The position numbers and the translations under genes are program-made. From positions 3,000,001-3,032,000 of the forward strand of contig NC_017459.1 of assembly GCF_000237865.1 (NCBI RefSeq): DNA of 32,000 nucleotides. The letters run 5' to 3'. Below the pieces are notes generated by a model. It was not told where the DNA came from. It was given only the letters and a program-made list of their open reading frames with translations, and searched no databases. This document shows positions 7,347 to 15,993 of the stretch, piece by piece. This stretch comes from Haloquadratum walsbyi C23 (lineage in GTDB: Archaea; Halobacteriota; Halobacteria; Halobacteriales; Haloferacaceae). Each line of letters starts with the position of its first letter. Positions within the stretch are counted from its first letter, which is position 1.

Positions 7347-8268
7347 TCAGAATAGTCGCACCTCGTAGTCAGCCGTCAGGTCCTGGAACTCATCCCACTC
7401 CGGGAGCCGGTCATCATCGACCTCACCGTGTGTCTCGAGGTAGCGGAGCAGGGCGTCGATTTCGTCTTCGAGGACATACTTCGCCGCCTGCTCTCGGAGG
7501 TCCGCCTCGCCGACGTCGACGTGGCTGAGCAGGAGGAGACAGTACGAGCGGTGACGGCTGCCGTCGTCGATCAGCAGCGTGTGACAGCAGAGCTTCGCCG
7601 GCGAGACTGCGTCGAGTTCCTCGGAGTAGGAGTAGTAGCGGTACCGGTGAGTAGGAACTAGAGGTCGAAGGCCGCGAATTGAGCGAGGCCGGTTTCGTGG
7701 AACGCCTCCGCGTCGATCTCCGTCTCGGCCTGGGCGAGGAATTCGTCGTAGTCCCCCCAGAGAATCGTCCCTTTCGGGGCGACGGCTTCAAATCGTTGCC
7801 GATGTAGATAGTGTGCAAGTTCACAGGCGAACTCGTGGAGGCGGTCGAAGTCGGCGTTGAACTCGTAGTGGTCGTCGGTCGTCCCGACAGGACCACGATC
7901 ACGAAACCGCTTGAGGACGCGGTTGACCGTGTTGCGGTAGTTGTCGCTCCGGTCGGCGATCTCGGAGACGGTTCGCGGCTGGTCGAGGTAGTACACACCT
8001 CGAGTGCCTTGCCGGTCAGCAGCTCGGGGAACTCGATGTGGGAGTGCTGGCGGACGAGGTCCCGATAGAGTTCGACGGCACGAGCATCTGACGGGGCGAC
8101 TCGTTTTTGCCGGCTATCGCGTTCCGCGTAGACGAGTCCCTTCTCGACGAGGTTGGCAACGGCACGAGAGAGGTAACTCTCGCTGTGGTCGAGCTTCGTC
8201 GCGAGTTCGGAGATCGTGTCGCCGCGGTCGACCGTGGCGAGGACCTCGAGTTCGATACGCCGGAGCAC
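7347..8268 (-). pseudogene. double winged-helix (MarR/TrmB-like) transcription regulator with at least two frameshifts
   Basis: Three pieces sit in three frames. Piece 1 is MLRRIELEVLATVDRGDTISELATKLDHSESYLSRAVANLVEKGLVY...LLTGKALEV (8268-~8000). Piece 2 is YYLDQPRTVSEIADRSDNYRNTVNRVLKRF...AQFAAFDL (7996-7661). Piece 3 is YRYYSYSEELDAVSPAKLCCHTLLIDDG...EWDEFQDLTADYEVRLF* (to TGA at 7347-7349). Junction 1 lies in a GTGTGT run at ~7996-8000. Junction 2 lies at ~7640-7662. Confidence 0.7.
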
Positions 8269-8406
8269 GGCGTAACATAGTACGAAACTTGTATATAAGG
8301 AAGCTTCAAGTGGTGTTACAGCCGGCGATTGAGAAAACAGTTCTTACCATGTTAAGTAACAAAACTATCGGTTCATGGGACGTGTTGGTTAATACGAGGG
8401 TAGTTG

Positions 8407-8589
8407 ATGTCCTACGAACTCCCGACCCCACCGGCGAACCTTCCGACGAAAATCGTCAACACGCTCAATGAGTCGGGTCCGGAGCAGCTTCGACACGTTG
8501 GGACGTACGCTGAGACGCTCGCCGAGGACAAGAAACGAGAGGAGCGTCCCGAAGAAATCCAGACCAACAAGATGGAAGAGGTACAGTGA
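8407..8589 (+). CDS. small acidic hypothetical protein (60 aa), divergent from the regulator pseudogene
   Basis: ATG 8407 (TTG 8404 in the track). Sequence is SYELPTPPANLPTKIVNTLNESGPEQLRHVGTYAETLAEDKKREERPEE, with haloarchaeal-like composition. No domain recognised. Confidence 0.4.
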   Translation: MSYELPTPPANLPTKIVNTLNESGPEQLRHVGTYAETLAEDKKREERPEEIQTNKMEEVQ

Positions 8590-8675
8590 CTGCGTTCGAG
8601 GACTTGGAACATGCCGATATCGTCTGAGTGAGTGACCCGATCTCAGACAAACGTCGCCCGATGCTCATTCCGGGA

Positions 8676-8701
8676 GTATCATATCTCTCGAATTATGATA
8701 C
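8676..8701. repeat. perfect 8-bp inverted repeat GTATCATA-N10-TATGATAC at the junction between the island and the urt operon
   Basis: Read directly: 8676-8683 GTATCATA and 8694-8701 TATGATAC. It lies ~50 nt beyond the urtE stop codon (8751) on the transcribed side. It could be a terminator hairpin or a junction/operator element. Confidence 0.4.
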
Positions 8702-8750
8702 CCAGCTCATTACCGTCTTGCTCTCTACGAAGACGACCACGAGGAGGCAC

Positions 8751-9449
8751 TCACACAACGAGATATTCTTCAAGTTGGTCGCGTTCGCTGACGGCCTCAC
8801 CGGTTATTTCATCGACAATTGTTCCATGATCGATTGCATAACACCGGTCGGCTAATCCCTGGATTACTGAGAGATTCTGCTCGACAAAGAGAATCGTCGT
8901 GTCGAATTCCTCATTGATCTGGCGAAGATCCTCTGTAATTGATTGGACGATTGAGGGTTGGACCCCCTCAGACGGTTCATCAACCAATAATAAATCCGGA
9001 CTTCCGACAAGAGCGCGAGCAATTGCTAACATCTGTTGTTGCCCGCCACTCATTGTTCCGGCAGATTGCGTTTTCCGCTCTGCAAGAATCGGAAAATAAT
9101 CATATACCTGCTCATACCGTGTCTCACTACTCTCACCGATTGATTCACCGATCAAGAGATTCTCTTTGACGCTCAAATCTGGGAACACATCACGTCCCTG
9201 TGGGACATATCCAATGCTTCGTTTAGCATGAGCATCTGCGGACTTTTCAGTCATATCCTCGCCATTATAGATAACACGACCTGATTCAGCTTTGAGAAGC
9301 CCCATAATAGTTTTTAAGAGCGTCGTCTTGCCAACACCGTTGCGACCAACGATACCGACGATCTCGCCAGTGTCAACCTGAAATGAAATGTCTCGAATGA
9401 CCGGTGTTCCATCATAACCGGCATTGAGACTGGTAATATCAAGGCTCAT
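8751..9449 (-). CDS. urtE: ABC transporter ATP-binding protein, LivF/UrtE type (probable urea/short-chain amide importer)
   Basis: 232 aa with Walker A GRNGVGKTT, signature MSGGQQQ and Walker B LLLVDEPSEG. It is last in a 5-gene HAAT-family operon next to urease. Its ATG overlaps the urtD stop. Confidence 0.85.
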   Translation of the reverse strand: MSLDITSLNAGYDGTPVIRDISFQVDTGEIVGIVGRNGVGKTTLLKTIMGLLKAESGRVIYNGEDMTEKSADAHAKRSIGYVPQGRDVFPDLSVKENLLIGESIGESSETRYEQVYDYFPILAERKTQSAGTMSGGQQQMLAIARALVGSPDLLLVDEPSEGVQPSIVQSITEDLRQINEEFDTTILFVEQNLSVIQGLADRCYAIDHGTIVDEITGEAVSERDQLEEYLVV

Positions 9450-10219
9450 GCATTCTCACCAAGGTATATTCGACGAACTTCGTCATCACTCTCAATATCT
9501 TCAATCGGTCCCTGACGAAGGATTGAGCCTTGATTCAGTACTGTCACCTGTTCAGAAATCTTCCGGACAAACTCCATATCGTGTTCAACCACAAGAAACG
9601 TCATTCCATCATCATGAAGTGATCGAATGAGTTCGGCAATATCAGCCGTTTCATCTATTGACATTCCTGCAACGGGTTCATCAAGTAACATGAGTTTTGG
9701 ATCAAGCGTGACCGCCATTCCAATCTCTAAGCGTTGTTTTTCCCCATGTGACAGATCACTCGCTGATACATTGGCTTGCTGTGCAAGCGAAATACGCTCA
9801 AGCGTGTCCGTTAAGACAGTCTCGGTTTCTCTATCCGTTCGTTGAAGCGGCACCCGAAGATTCTGCTCGACGGTGAGGCTTTCATAAATATGTGGTGACT
9901 GAAACTTGACGCTGATACCGGCGTCCATCCGCTCGTGCGGTTCAAGCGCCGTCAAATCCAGACCATCAAAGTAGATATCCCCCTGTGTCGGTGAGAGCTG
10001 TCCGGTAATGAGTTCGAGTAACGTGCTTTTTCCAGCCCCATTTGGACCAATCAGACACCGAATTTCGCCCGCTGCGACGGTGAATCCAACACTGTCAACA
10101 GCCGTAAGCCCACCAAATTTCTTTGTCAGTTGTCTTGTTGAGAGAATCGCTTCACGATCGCTACCGGTTGCTGCAACCGCCGGTTGCTGATTAACCCCCA
10201 TATTTTTTGGAGCACTCAT
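9446..10219 (-). CDS. urtD: ABC transporter ATP-binding protein, LivG/UrtD type
   Basis: 257 aa with Walker A GPNGAGKST, signature LSHGEKQRLEIG and Walker B LMLLDEPVAG. It has 4-nt overlaps with both neighbours. Confidence 0.85.
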   Translation of the reverse strand: MSAPKNMGVNQQPAVAATGSDREAILSTRQLTKKFGGLTAVDSVGFTVAAGEIRCLIGPNGAGKSTLLELITGQLSPTQGDIYFDGLDLTALEPHERMDAGISVKFQSPHIYESLTVEQNLRVPLQRTDRETETVLTDTLERISLAQQANVSASDLSHGEKQRLEIGMAVTLDPKLMLLDEPVAGMSIDETADIAELIRSLHDDGMTFLVVEHDMEFVRKISEQVTVLNQGSILRQGPIEDIESDDEVRRIYLGENA

Positions 10220-11406
10220 TCGCGCATCACCTCAGAACTCCCCGGCGTCTCTGAGTCAGAGATATCAATACCAACTGAGCCAAGTAGCGTTTGAGCGCGA
10301 GATTGTATTGTGTCACGACCATGTTCGATGCCTTCACGAAGTCCGTGAGCATTGAAGAACACGTACATATCCCTGATTCCTGGGAGGATACCCCGTGGGA
10401 TAAACAAAATTGTGATCATCAAAATCAGCCCCACAAAGACAATTGCGAACTCTGAAGCATTAATTGAGAACCACTTCCGAAGCCATTCAATAATCACTGT
10501 GCCAACAATAGCGCCGAGTAACGATTCTCGTCCCCCGAGCGTCACCCAGACAATCGGGATTGTAGCAAACGTAATTGTAAATACACTCGGATCCATGTAG
10601 TTTCCCCAGTTGGCATAGAAGATGCCACTCAGTCCGGCTAGCGCACCTGAAAAAGTGAATACAGCAAGTTTGACCTTTTTTACATTGTAGCCAAGCATCG
10701 CTGTCCGCTCCTCATCCTCGCGGATTGCTACCAGCGAGTATCCATATTTACTATTGACGAGGATTCGCGAGCCAAGATATGCGAGCAATAACACAGCAAG
10801 CACAAACCAATAAAATTCAGATCCTGAAAGACTGAATGAACTCTCGCCAACACCAAGAGTGAAATTTCGAATTCCGGGGATTCCATTGAATCCACCGAGT
10901 TTCACACTTCCAATTGCCCATTTGGCACCAGCGGTTTGTGCCATGAATGTCTCGAGGACAAGCGTAACGACCAATGTGAGGATAGCAACATAGACGTTTC
11001 GAACACCCCCATAAAACATGAAATATCCAAGGATGAATGCTGATATCGTCGCAACTGCAATCGCGATTGGTAACGCAACAGTCGGACCGAGTGCACCACC
11101 AAGATTGAGACTGACAATTGCGTATGTATAGCCAGCAATTCCAAAGAAGGCGACCTGTCCAAAGCTAAGAATACCAGTGTATCCCCAAATAATCGACAGT
11201 GACAATCCAAGCAGTCCATAGGCAAGGAACAGCGAAAACTGACCCGCTGCGTATGACCCACGGATAAGCGGTTGGACTACTAGAAGGAGTAATCCAACCC
11301 CAAAGGCTGCCCAAAACACACGCGAATTGCCCAGTGTATTCGGACCATTTAGTTTAGTGATGATACTTTTGAGTCGTGAGGGAAGTATATCTGAACCCAG
11401 TTTCAT
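10216..11406 (-). CDS. urtC: ABC transporter permease, LivM/UrtC type
   Basis: 396-aa polytopic membrane protein with a HAAT-family permease pattern (LSFGQVAFFGIAGY...). It holds operon position 3. Confidence 0.85.
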   Translation of the reverse strand: MKLGSDILPSRLKSIITKLNGPNTLGNSRVFWAAFGVGLLLLVVQPLIRGSYAAGQFSLFLAYGLLGLSLSIIWGYTGILSFGQVAFFGIAGYTYAIVSLNLGGALGPTVALPIAIAVATISAFILGYFMFYGGVRNVYVAILTLVVTLVLETFMAQTAGAKWAIGSVKLGGFNGIPGIRNFTLGVGESSFSLSGSEFYWFVLAVLLLAYLGSRILVNSKYGYSLVAIREDEERTAMLGYNVKKVKLAVFTFSGALAGLSGIFYANWGNYMDPSVFTITFATIPIVWVTLGGRESLLGAIVGTVIIEWLRKWFSINASEFAIVFVGLILMITILFIPRGILPGIRDMYVFFNAHGLREGIEHGRDTIQSRAQTLLGSVGIDISDSETPGSSEVMRE

Positions 11407-12329
11407 GATTGTTGTTCACCCAATTTGTCACGGACAGTGTTTGCAAGCCCTGTCAAACCCCCCGGCAGAAGTCGAATAATGATGATTGCCGTCATGAGTA
11501 ATGCGATTTGCCCAAAGAAATTCCCATATAGATTCGAGAAGACGGCATTGATCGTTCCAAGGATCCCGCCAGCTAATGCTGTCCCAAGCAATACCGAGGA
11601 TCCACCGGTGACGACTGTGACAAATGATTCAACAAGGAATGACTGTCCCATCCCCGGAACAATTGTTGCTGAAGGCGCATACAGTGCACCAGTCAATCCG
11701 GCAAGCCCGGAACCAATGGCGAATGTAATTGTATACATTCGGTCTGTATCGACGCCCATTGCTCGAGCGGTCTCAGGGTCTTGAATTGTTGCACGCGCCC
11801 TAACACCGAATTCAGTACGTGTGAATGCAAGATAGACAGACCCAAGAACCCCAATCGCCGCAAGTAGTAACAGAACACGGTATCCAGAATATGTATATCC
11901 AGGAACTTGACCGAACGGAGTACCAATAGACCGGAGAGAATTCCCAAATATAATTCGGGTGCCCTGCGTCAGAATTAGCCCAAGTCCGAATGTGACGATC
12001 ATTGAATCCAAGAGCCGACCATACAGTCGTTTGATTATCGTCCGTTCAACAATCGCTCCAAAGGCTGCGGTTCCGAGTGCCCCAAGTATCATCGCTACTG
12101 GTAATGGCAATGATACAACATTGATAGAAAGGGTTGTAATGTACGCACCCATCATAATGAATTCACCATGAGCAAGATTGATCACACCCATCATCCCAAA
12201 AATAACAGTCAGACCAATCGCTGCAAGTGCAATAAACGCGATGCTATCTGCCATTTGCAGAAGCTGTGATACCGGGACACCGATACTATCGAGCGCTTTC
12301 AATACGTCAGCGATGAACAGTGGAATCAT
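11403..12329 (-). CDS. urtB: ABC transporter permease, LivH/UrtB type
   Basis: 308-aa polytopic membrane protein (INLAHGEFIMMGAY... typical LivH motif). It holds operon position 2. Confidence 0.85.
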   Translation of the reverse strand: MIPLFIADVLKALDSIGVPVSQLLQMADSIAFIALAAIGLTVIFGMMGVINLAHGEFIMMGAYITTLSINVVSLPLPVAMILGALGTAAFGAIVERTIIKRLYGRLLDSMIVTFGLGLILTQGTRIIFGNSLRSIGTPFGQVPGYTYSGYRVLLLLAAIGVLGSVYLAFTRTEFGVRARATIQDPETARAMGVDTDRMYTITFAIGSGLAGLTGALYAPSATIVPGMGQSFLVESFVTVVTGGSSVLLGTALAGGILGTINAVFSNLYGNFFGQIALLMTAIIIIRLLPGGLTGLANTVRDKLGEQQS

Positions 12330-12361
12330 ACCGTTGGCTTCACCAGACCTAGTATCATCAA

Positions 12362-13654
12362 TCAGCTACCCGCTTCGTCAAAGTACTCAACCGGTGTGAA
12401 TTGTTTTGTCATTCCATCATCCTCACCGGAGAGGTCAATCCCAACTGTCTCAGAGAGGAACTGTTCAGGAATCTTACGCTGATCTTCAACGGTAATGTTG
12501 TGTTCAGCATCGCACCGCATCACTCGCATATTGTGAGTCATATGATGTACCGGTCCCTGGAAGCTAATATCTCCCTCTGGCGATCTATCACCAGTAATTT
12601 CCATCCCACTCTCGAGAACATCCCGGACAGCTTCTTGATCGGTTGTGCCAGCCTCTTCGACAGCTTGTTTATACATGTAAATTGAGAAATAATTGTTAAT
12701 TGATTCCTCATTGGCATACCCGGCGTCGGGGAATTTATCATAATATCGACTGACATAATCCTCATTTCGACTTGTCGGGATTTCTTCCATATAATTAAAT
12801 CCGCCATAGACATCTTTGAGTGCTGGCGCTTCGAGCCGTTTATGTTGATATCCCTGAGCCATTACGGTTGAGGTACCCATTGGAATCTCAAGCCCAGCGG
12901 AGGTTCGCTGGTTCCAGAATGATGAGTGATTTGCACCAACTAGAATTGCCATCACAAAGTCCGGATCAGCATCCTGAATATTGCTGATAGTTGACCCAAA
13001 ATTCTGCACTGACAATGGAATAAATTCTTCACCAATAACCTCTGCATCGTTTTCATCCGCGATGACCTTCACCCAGTCAGCTGATAACTGACCAAAGTTG
13101 TAATCAGCAGCAATAGTATAGATATCTGATCCAAAGTTCTCAATCATGTAGGGGACAACACTACCCAGTTGCTGACGAGCTGTTGGTCCCATACAAAATG
13201 TATACTCATCGGCAACGCCGCCCTCATATTGCGTCGTATAGAAGTATAGCTGCTCGTTGCGGTCAATTGTCGGTCGGATTGCCTCTCTTGTTGCCGAGGA
13301 GTACCCAGCCCACAATGCGTCTACGTTTTCCTGTCGGATTAATCGAGAGGTGAGTTGTTGATATCGCTCATTATCTGACTGTGGGTCTGGGTCAAACAGT
13401 TCGATCTGTTTACCCATAATCCCACCATCCGCATTGATCTCATCAATTGCCAGTTTGCTGGCACGCCATTTTGGCGTCCCGACGAGGGAAAAATTCCCTG
13501 AGCGATCTTCAAGAACGCCGATTTTGATTGTGTCACTCTCAGAACCGCCACCACCACCGGAGCCACCACTACTGGAACAGCCAGCGAGTGATGCACCAAA
13601 ACCCACCGCGCCGGTTGCCAGCACGGCCCTTCGAGACATACGATTATCGCTCAT
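12362..13654 (-). CDS. urtA: periplasmic-type substrate-binding lipoprotein, Liv/UrtA family (probable urea/amide binding)
   Basis: 430 aa with a twin-arginine signal plus lipobox (MSRRAVLATGAVGFGASLAGCSS), then a Gly/Ser linker (SGGSGGGGGS). The type I periplasmic-binding fold pattern matches Liv/Urt/AmiC-type binding proteins. The substrate is inferred from the urease neighbourhood. Confidence 0.8.
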   Translation of the reverse strand: MSDNRMSRRAVLATGAVGFGASLAGCSSSGGSGGGGGSESDTIKIGVLEDRSGNFSLVGTPKWRASKLAIDEINADGGIMGKQIELFDPDPQSDNERYQQLTSRLIRQENVDALWAGYSSATREAIRPTIDRNEQLYFYTTQYEGGVADEYTFCMGPTARQQLGSVVPYMIENFGSDIYTIAADYNFGQLSADWVKVIADENDAEVIGEEFIPLSVQNFGSTISNIQDADPDFVMAILVGANHSSFWNQRTSAGLEIPMGTSTVMAQGYQHKRLEAPALKDVYGGFNYMEEIPTSRNEDYVSRYYDKFPDAGYANEESINNYFSIYMYKQAVEEAGTTDQEAVRDVLESGMEITGDRSPEGDISFQGPVHHMTHNMRVMRCDAEHNITVEDQRKIPEQFLSETVGIDLSGEDDGMTKQFTPVEYFDEAGS

Positions 13655-14447
13655 TCGACTTTCTCCATGGAAAGGGCGTGATTATGTGCATGTGCAGTAC
13701 ATATGGCAGTATTGATTCGCAAATGTCTACTCATTTCGATAATTTTTTGCAGAATCGTATGATACATAAATCCTTCTAGACAGGCTAAAATAAGTGGATA
13801 TATATTCATTAACTCCTTGATTTATTTGTATATCATTATATTTTGACCGCATGCCCAATATTATCTCAATGAGTATGGCATCAATCGTACAGACCAATAT
13901 TATGCATTCGTTTACTTATTGTTCTAAACAATGTCTTATTAATCTCCCTCAATTCAATTTATATAGTACTATTGATATTTACGTATCTTTGCGTTGGTGC
14001 GCAAGATTCTGTTTGGTATGGTAGACGAAAACGACATGATCATGTAAAAAAGCGAACATTCTTTCGACGTATCTCTCACCGATATAAAATCGAATAGAGA
14101 CACCACTCATCGTCGACATGGAGACGGTTATGAATATGCTAATCAGTGAGACGGACACTCTCACGGGCGCTCATCGAGGCGGACTCCCCTACTGGGATAA
14201 TATCGGGATTCGCCTTTTCATCGTGGAAGGCGCTCATCAAATGAACAGGATGCAGGACATAGGATGGTTTTGAATCCTTGTTGACAGTGAAGATGAATAG
14301 TGCTAAGCGGAACAGGAGGGGATATGTAACGATAGCGTGATACTGCAGCATTCTTACAGGATGAGAATATAGATTACCCCTCTAATCTATTGAGCCCTCA
14401 TTTGCGAGAAGCTTCATAAATTGAGGATGTCACTCCCAACGAGTGGT

Positions 14448-14909
14448 TCAGTCTCTTTCTCTGGCGGCGTTAACTTTGGATTCGGCGTCGGCATCGGCAT
14501 CGGCTTGGACCATTGCGAGTTTGACCTGGCGAACACCCTCGAGTGGTCGAATACGGGATAATAACGTTTCAATCCGACCACCCGCTCCATCAACGGCAAT
14601 CGATTCCAAGCAGAGGTGATCACTCAGATGAACATGATGAACGGCAACAATTGTTTCTGTAAAATCATGTTGGAGTTCACTCATTTCATCGGTGACGCCG
14701 CTGTGTTCGTGCTCATAAAGCACAACCACAGTCCCACTGAGAGTTCCTGATAACCCGGTTTGTTGATTAAATTCGGTTACAAACGCACGAAGCGCGTCTC
14801 GGGTCGCCTCGGAACGACTATTATATTCACCGGTTTCAACAACCTGATTCAATTCAGACAAGAGATCCGGCGGAAGTGTCACACTCATGCGGTCAACATC
14901 TTGACTCAT
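14448..14909 (-). CDS. nikR: nickel-responsive regulator NikR (RHH/CopG domain plus C-terminal metal-binding domain)
   Basis: The RHH N-terminus is MSVTLPPDLLSELNQVVETGEYNSRSEATRDALRAFV. The C-terminal domain has the His/Cys pattern (YEHEHSG...VHHVHLSDHLCLE) typical of NikR. The track ORF starts at 14975. I prefer ATG 14909 because a TATA-like GTATAATT (14931-14938) sits ~27 nt upstream of it. ATG 14888 is also possible. Confidence 0.8.
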   Translation of the reverse strand: MSQDVDRMSVTLPPDLLSELNQVVETGEYNSRSEATRDALRAFVTEFNQQTGLSGTLSGTVVVLYEHEHSGVTDEMSELQHDFTETIVAVHHVHLSDHLCLESIAVDGAGGRIETLLSRIRPLEGVRQVKLAMVQADADADAESKVNAARERD

Positions 14910-15034
14910 AACTGCAGGTTTTCGACTGACCGTATAATTCTTGATACACTCACTATTCTTTTGAATACGATTCATGAAATATTACGATAGCCTCAAAAAG
15001 TATTATTAACCAGGTGCATAGTATATCGAATAGA
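14910..15034. promoter_or_regulatory. divergent nikR / cbiM(nikM) promoter region with AT-rich TATA-like boxes and a short palindrome
   Basis: TATTATTA at 15001-15008 lies ~30 nt upstream of ATG 15035. GTATAATT at 14931-14938 lies ~27 nt upstream of ATG 14909 on the other strand. The palindrome TGAAT-ACG-ATTCA is at 14962-14974. Confidence 0.4.
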
Positions 15035-15691
15035 ATGCATATCCCCGACGGCTTTCTTGACCCGCTGGTTGCGGGGCTATTTTGGCTTGGCTCAGCAGTT
15101 ACAATTGGACTTGCAGTAAGGTATGCCCGCAGTGAACTTGGTGATGAACGCACACCACTACTTGGTGTAGTCGCCGCAGGTATTTTTGCTGCGCAAATGT
15201 TGAACTGGCCGATTCCCGGCGGTACCAGCGCACATTTCGTTGGTGGAGCGTTCGCTGGCATTCTATTGGGACCGTCGCTTGGTGTGCTTGCAATGACGGC
15301 TGTTGTCACGATTCAGGCACTTGTCTTCGGTGATGGTGGAATCATTGCGCTTGGTGGCAATCTCTTTGCGATAGCTGTGGTTAATGTTCTCATTGGATAT
15401 GGTCTATTTCAGATGTTCAGAGAGATTCATGAGTCAGGAGCGGCGTTTATTGCTGGATGGGCAGCAGTGACAGTTTCAGCACTCATTGTTGCTCTTGGCG
15501 TCGGGTTCTCCTCGGCGTTCGCCTATGAGATAGCCACAACAGTTACGATTATGACTGGCGGTCACGCAGTTCTTGGAATTATCGAGGGTGCAATTACTGC
15601 TGGAGTGTATACCTATATCGCTGCTGCCCGCCCCGATCTCGTTTTTACTCAATTCGAAAATAGCAATCTGTCCCCGGACGTGAAACTATGA
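15035..15691 (+). CDS. cbiM: CbiM/NikM substrate-capture membrane component of a nickel (cobalt) energy-coupling-factor-type transporter
   Basis: The N-terminus MHIPDGFLD is the conserved CbiM/NikM metal-ligating start, followed by a polytopic membrane protein. The track start GTG 15014 would add 7 residues before the Met-His and is therefore disfavoured. Confidence 0.85.
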   Translation: MHIPDGFLDPLVAGLFWLGSAVTIGLAVRYARSELGDERTPLLGVVAAGIFAAQMLNWPIPGGTSAHFVGGAFAGILLGPSLGVLAMTAVVTIQALVFGDGGIIALGGNLFAIAVVNVLIGYGLFQMFREIHESGAAFIAGWAAVTVSALIVALGVGFSSAFAYEIATTVTIMTGGHAVLGIIEGAITAGVYTYIAAARPDLVFTQFENSNLSPDVKL

Positions 15692-15993
15692 AGATCATAA
15701 GCATGAACATGGACTCTTGGATACAGCGGGCGGCTCTCATGCTGCTGGGACTTGTGATAGTGGCTCCGTTTTTCGGGTGGACCGCAAGTATCGTCGGCTA
15801 TGCCGAGCCACTCGAGAATGCCGCAAAAATGACAGGTGCAACCGATGCAGTCATAAATCTCAATCCTGGCATACTCCCAGACTACACTGTTGGAGGGTTC
15901 TCAGGTCCGATTGGAACACTCATCTCGGCTGGAGTTGGCACAGTGCTAACACTTATTGTTGCTTTTGGCGCTGGTCGCCTGCTTGAATCGTGA
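15688..15993 (+). CDS. PDGLE-domain small membrane protein (CbiN/NikN-equivalent component)
   Basis: 101 aa with an N-terminal TM helix, then YAEPLENAAKMTG (PDGLE-like), then ILPDY and a C-terminal TM helix. It has ATGA-type overlap with cbiM and GTGA overlap with cbiQ. Confidence 0.65.
   Translation: MKIISMNMDSWIQRAALMLLGLVIVAPFFGWTASIVGYAEPLENAAKMTGATDAVINLNPGILPDYTVGGFSGPIGTLISAGVGTVLTLIVAFGAGRLLES

Larger units (their letters stand above)
1..8640. mobile_element. G+C-rich foreign island, probably a plasmid- or provirus-derived remnant whose left end lies beyond the window. It carries partition and toxin-antitoxin/Abi-type cargo, mostly decayed.
   Basis: Hand counts on single 60-nt lines give ~62% G+C at 661-720, versus ~45-53% at 9001-9060 and 10381-10440. 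Cargo is ParA plus iterons, AbiE-like, MNT/HEPN-like, VapBC and SWIM. Many genes are frameshifted or truncated. The composition changes between ~8280 and ~8640. Confidence 0.5.

Noticed and set aside
13979-14351. Two - strand ORFs (61 and 70 aa) in the urtA-nikR spacer
   Set aside because: They are hydrophobic/basic and non-acidic, sit in AT-rich DNA, and have no motifs or coupling. They are probably non-coding, but the spacer is flagged for a relic-gene search.
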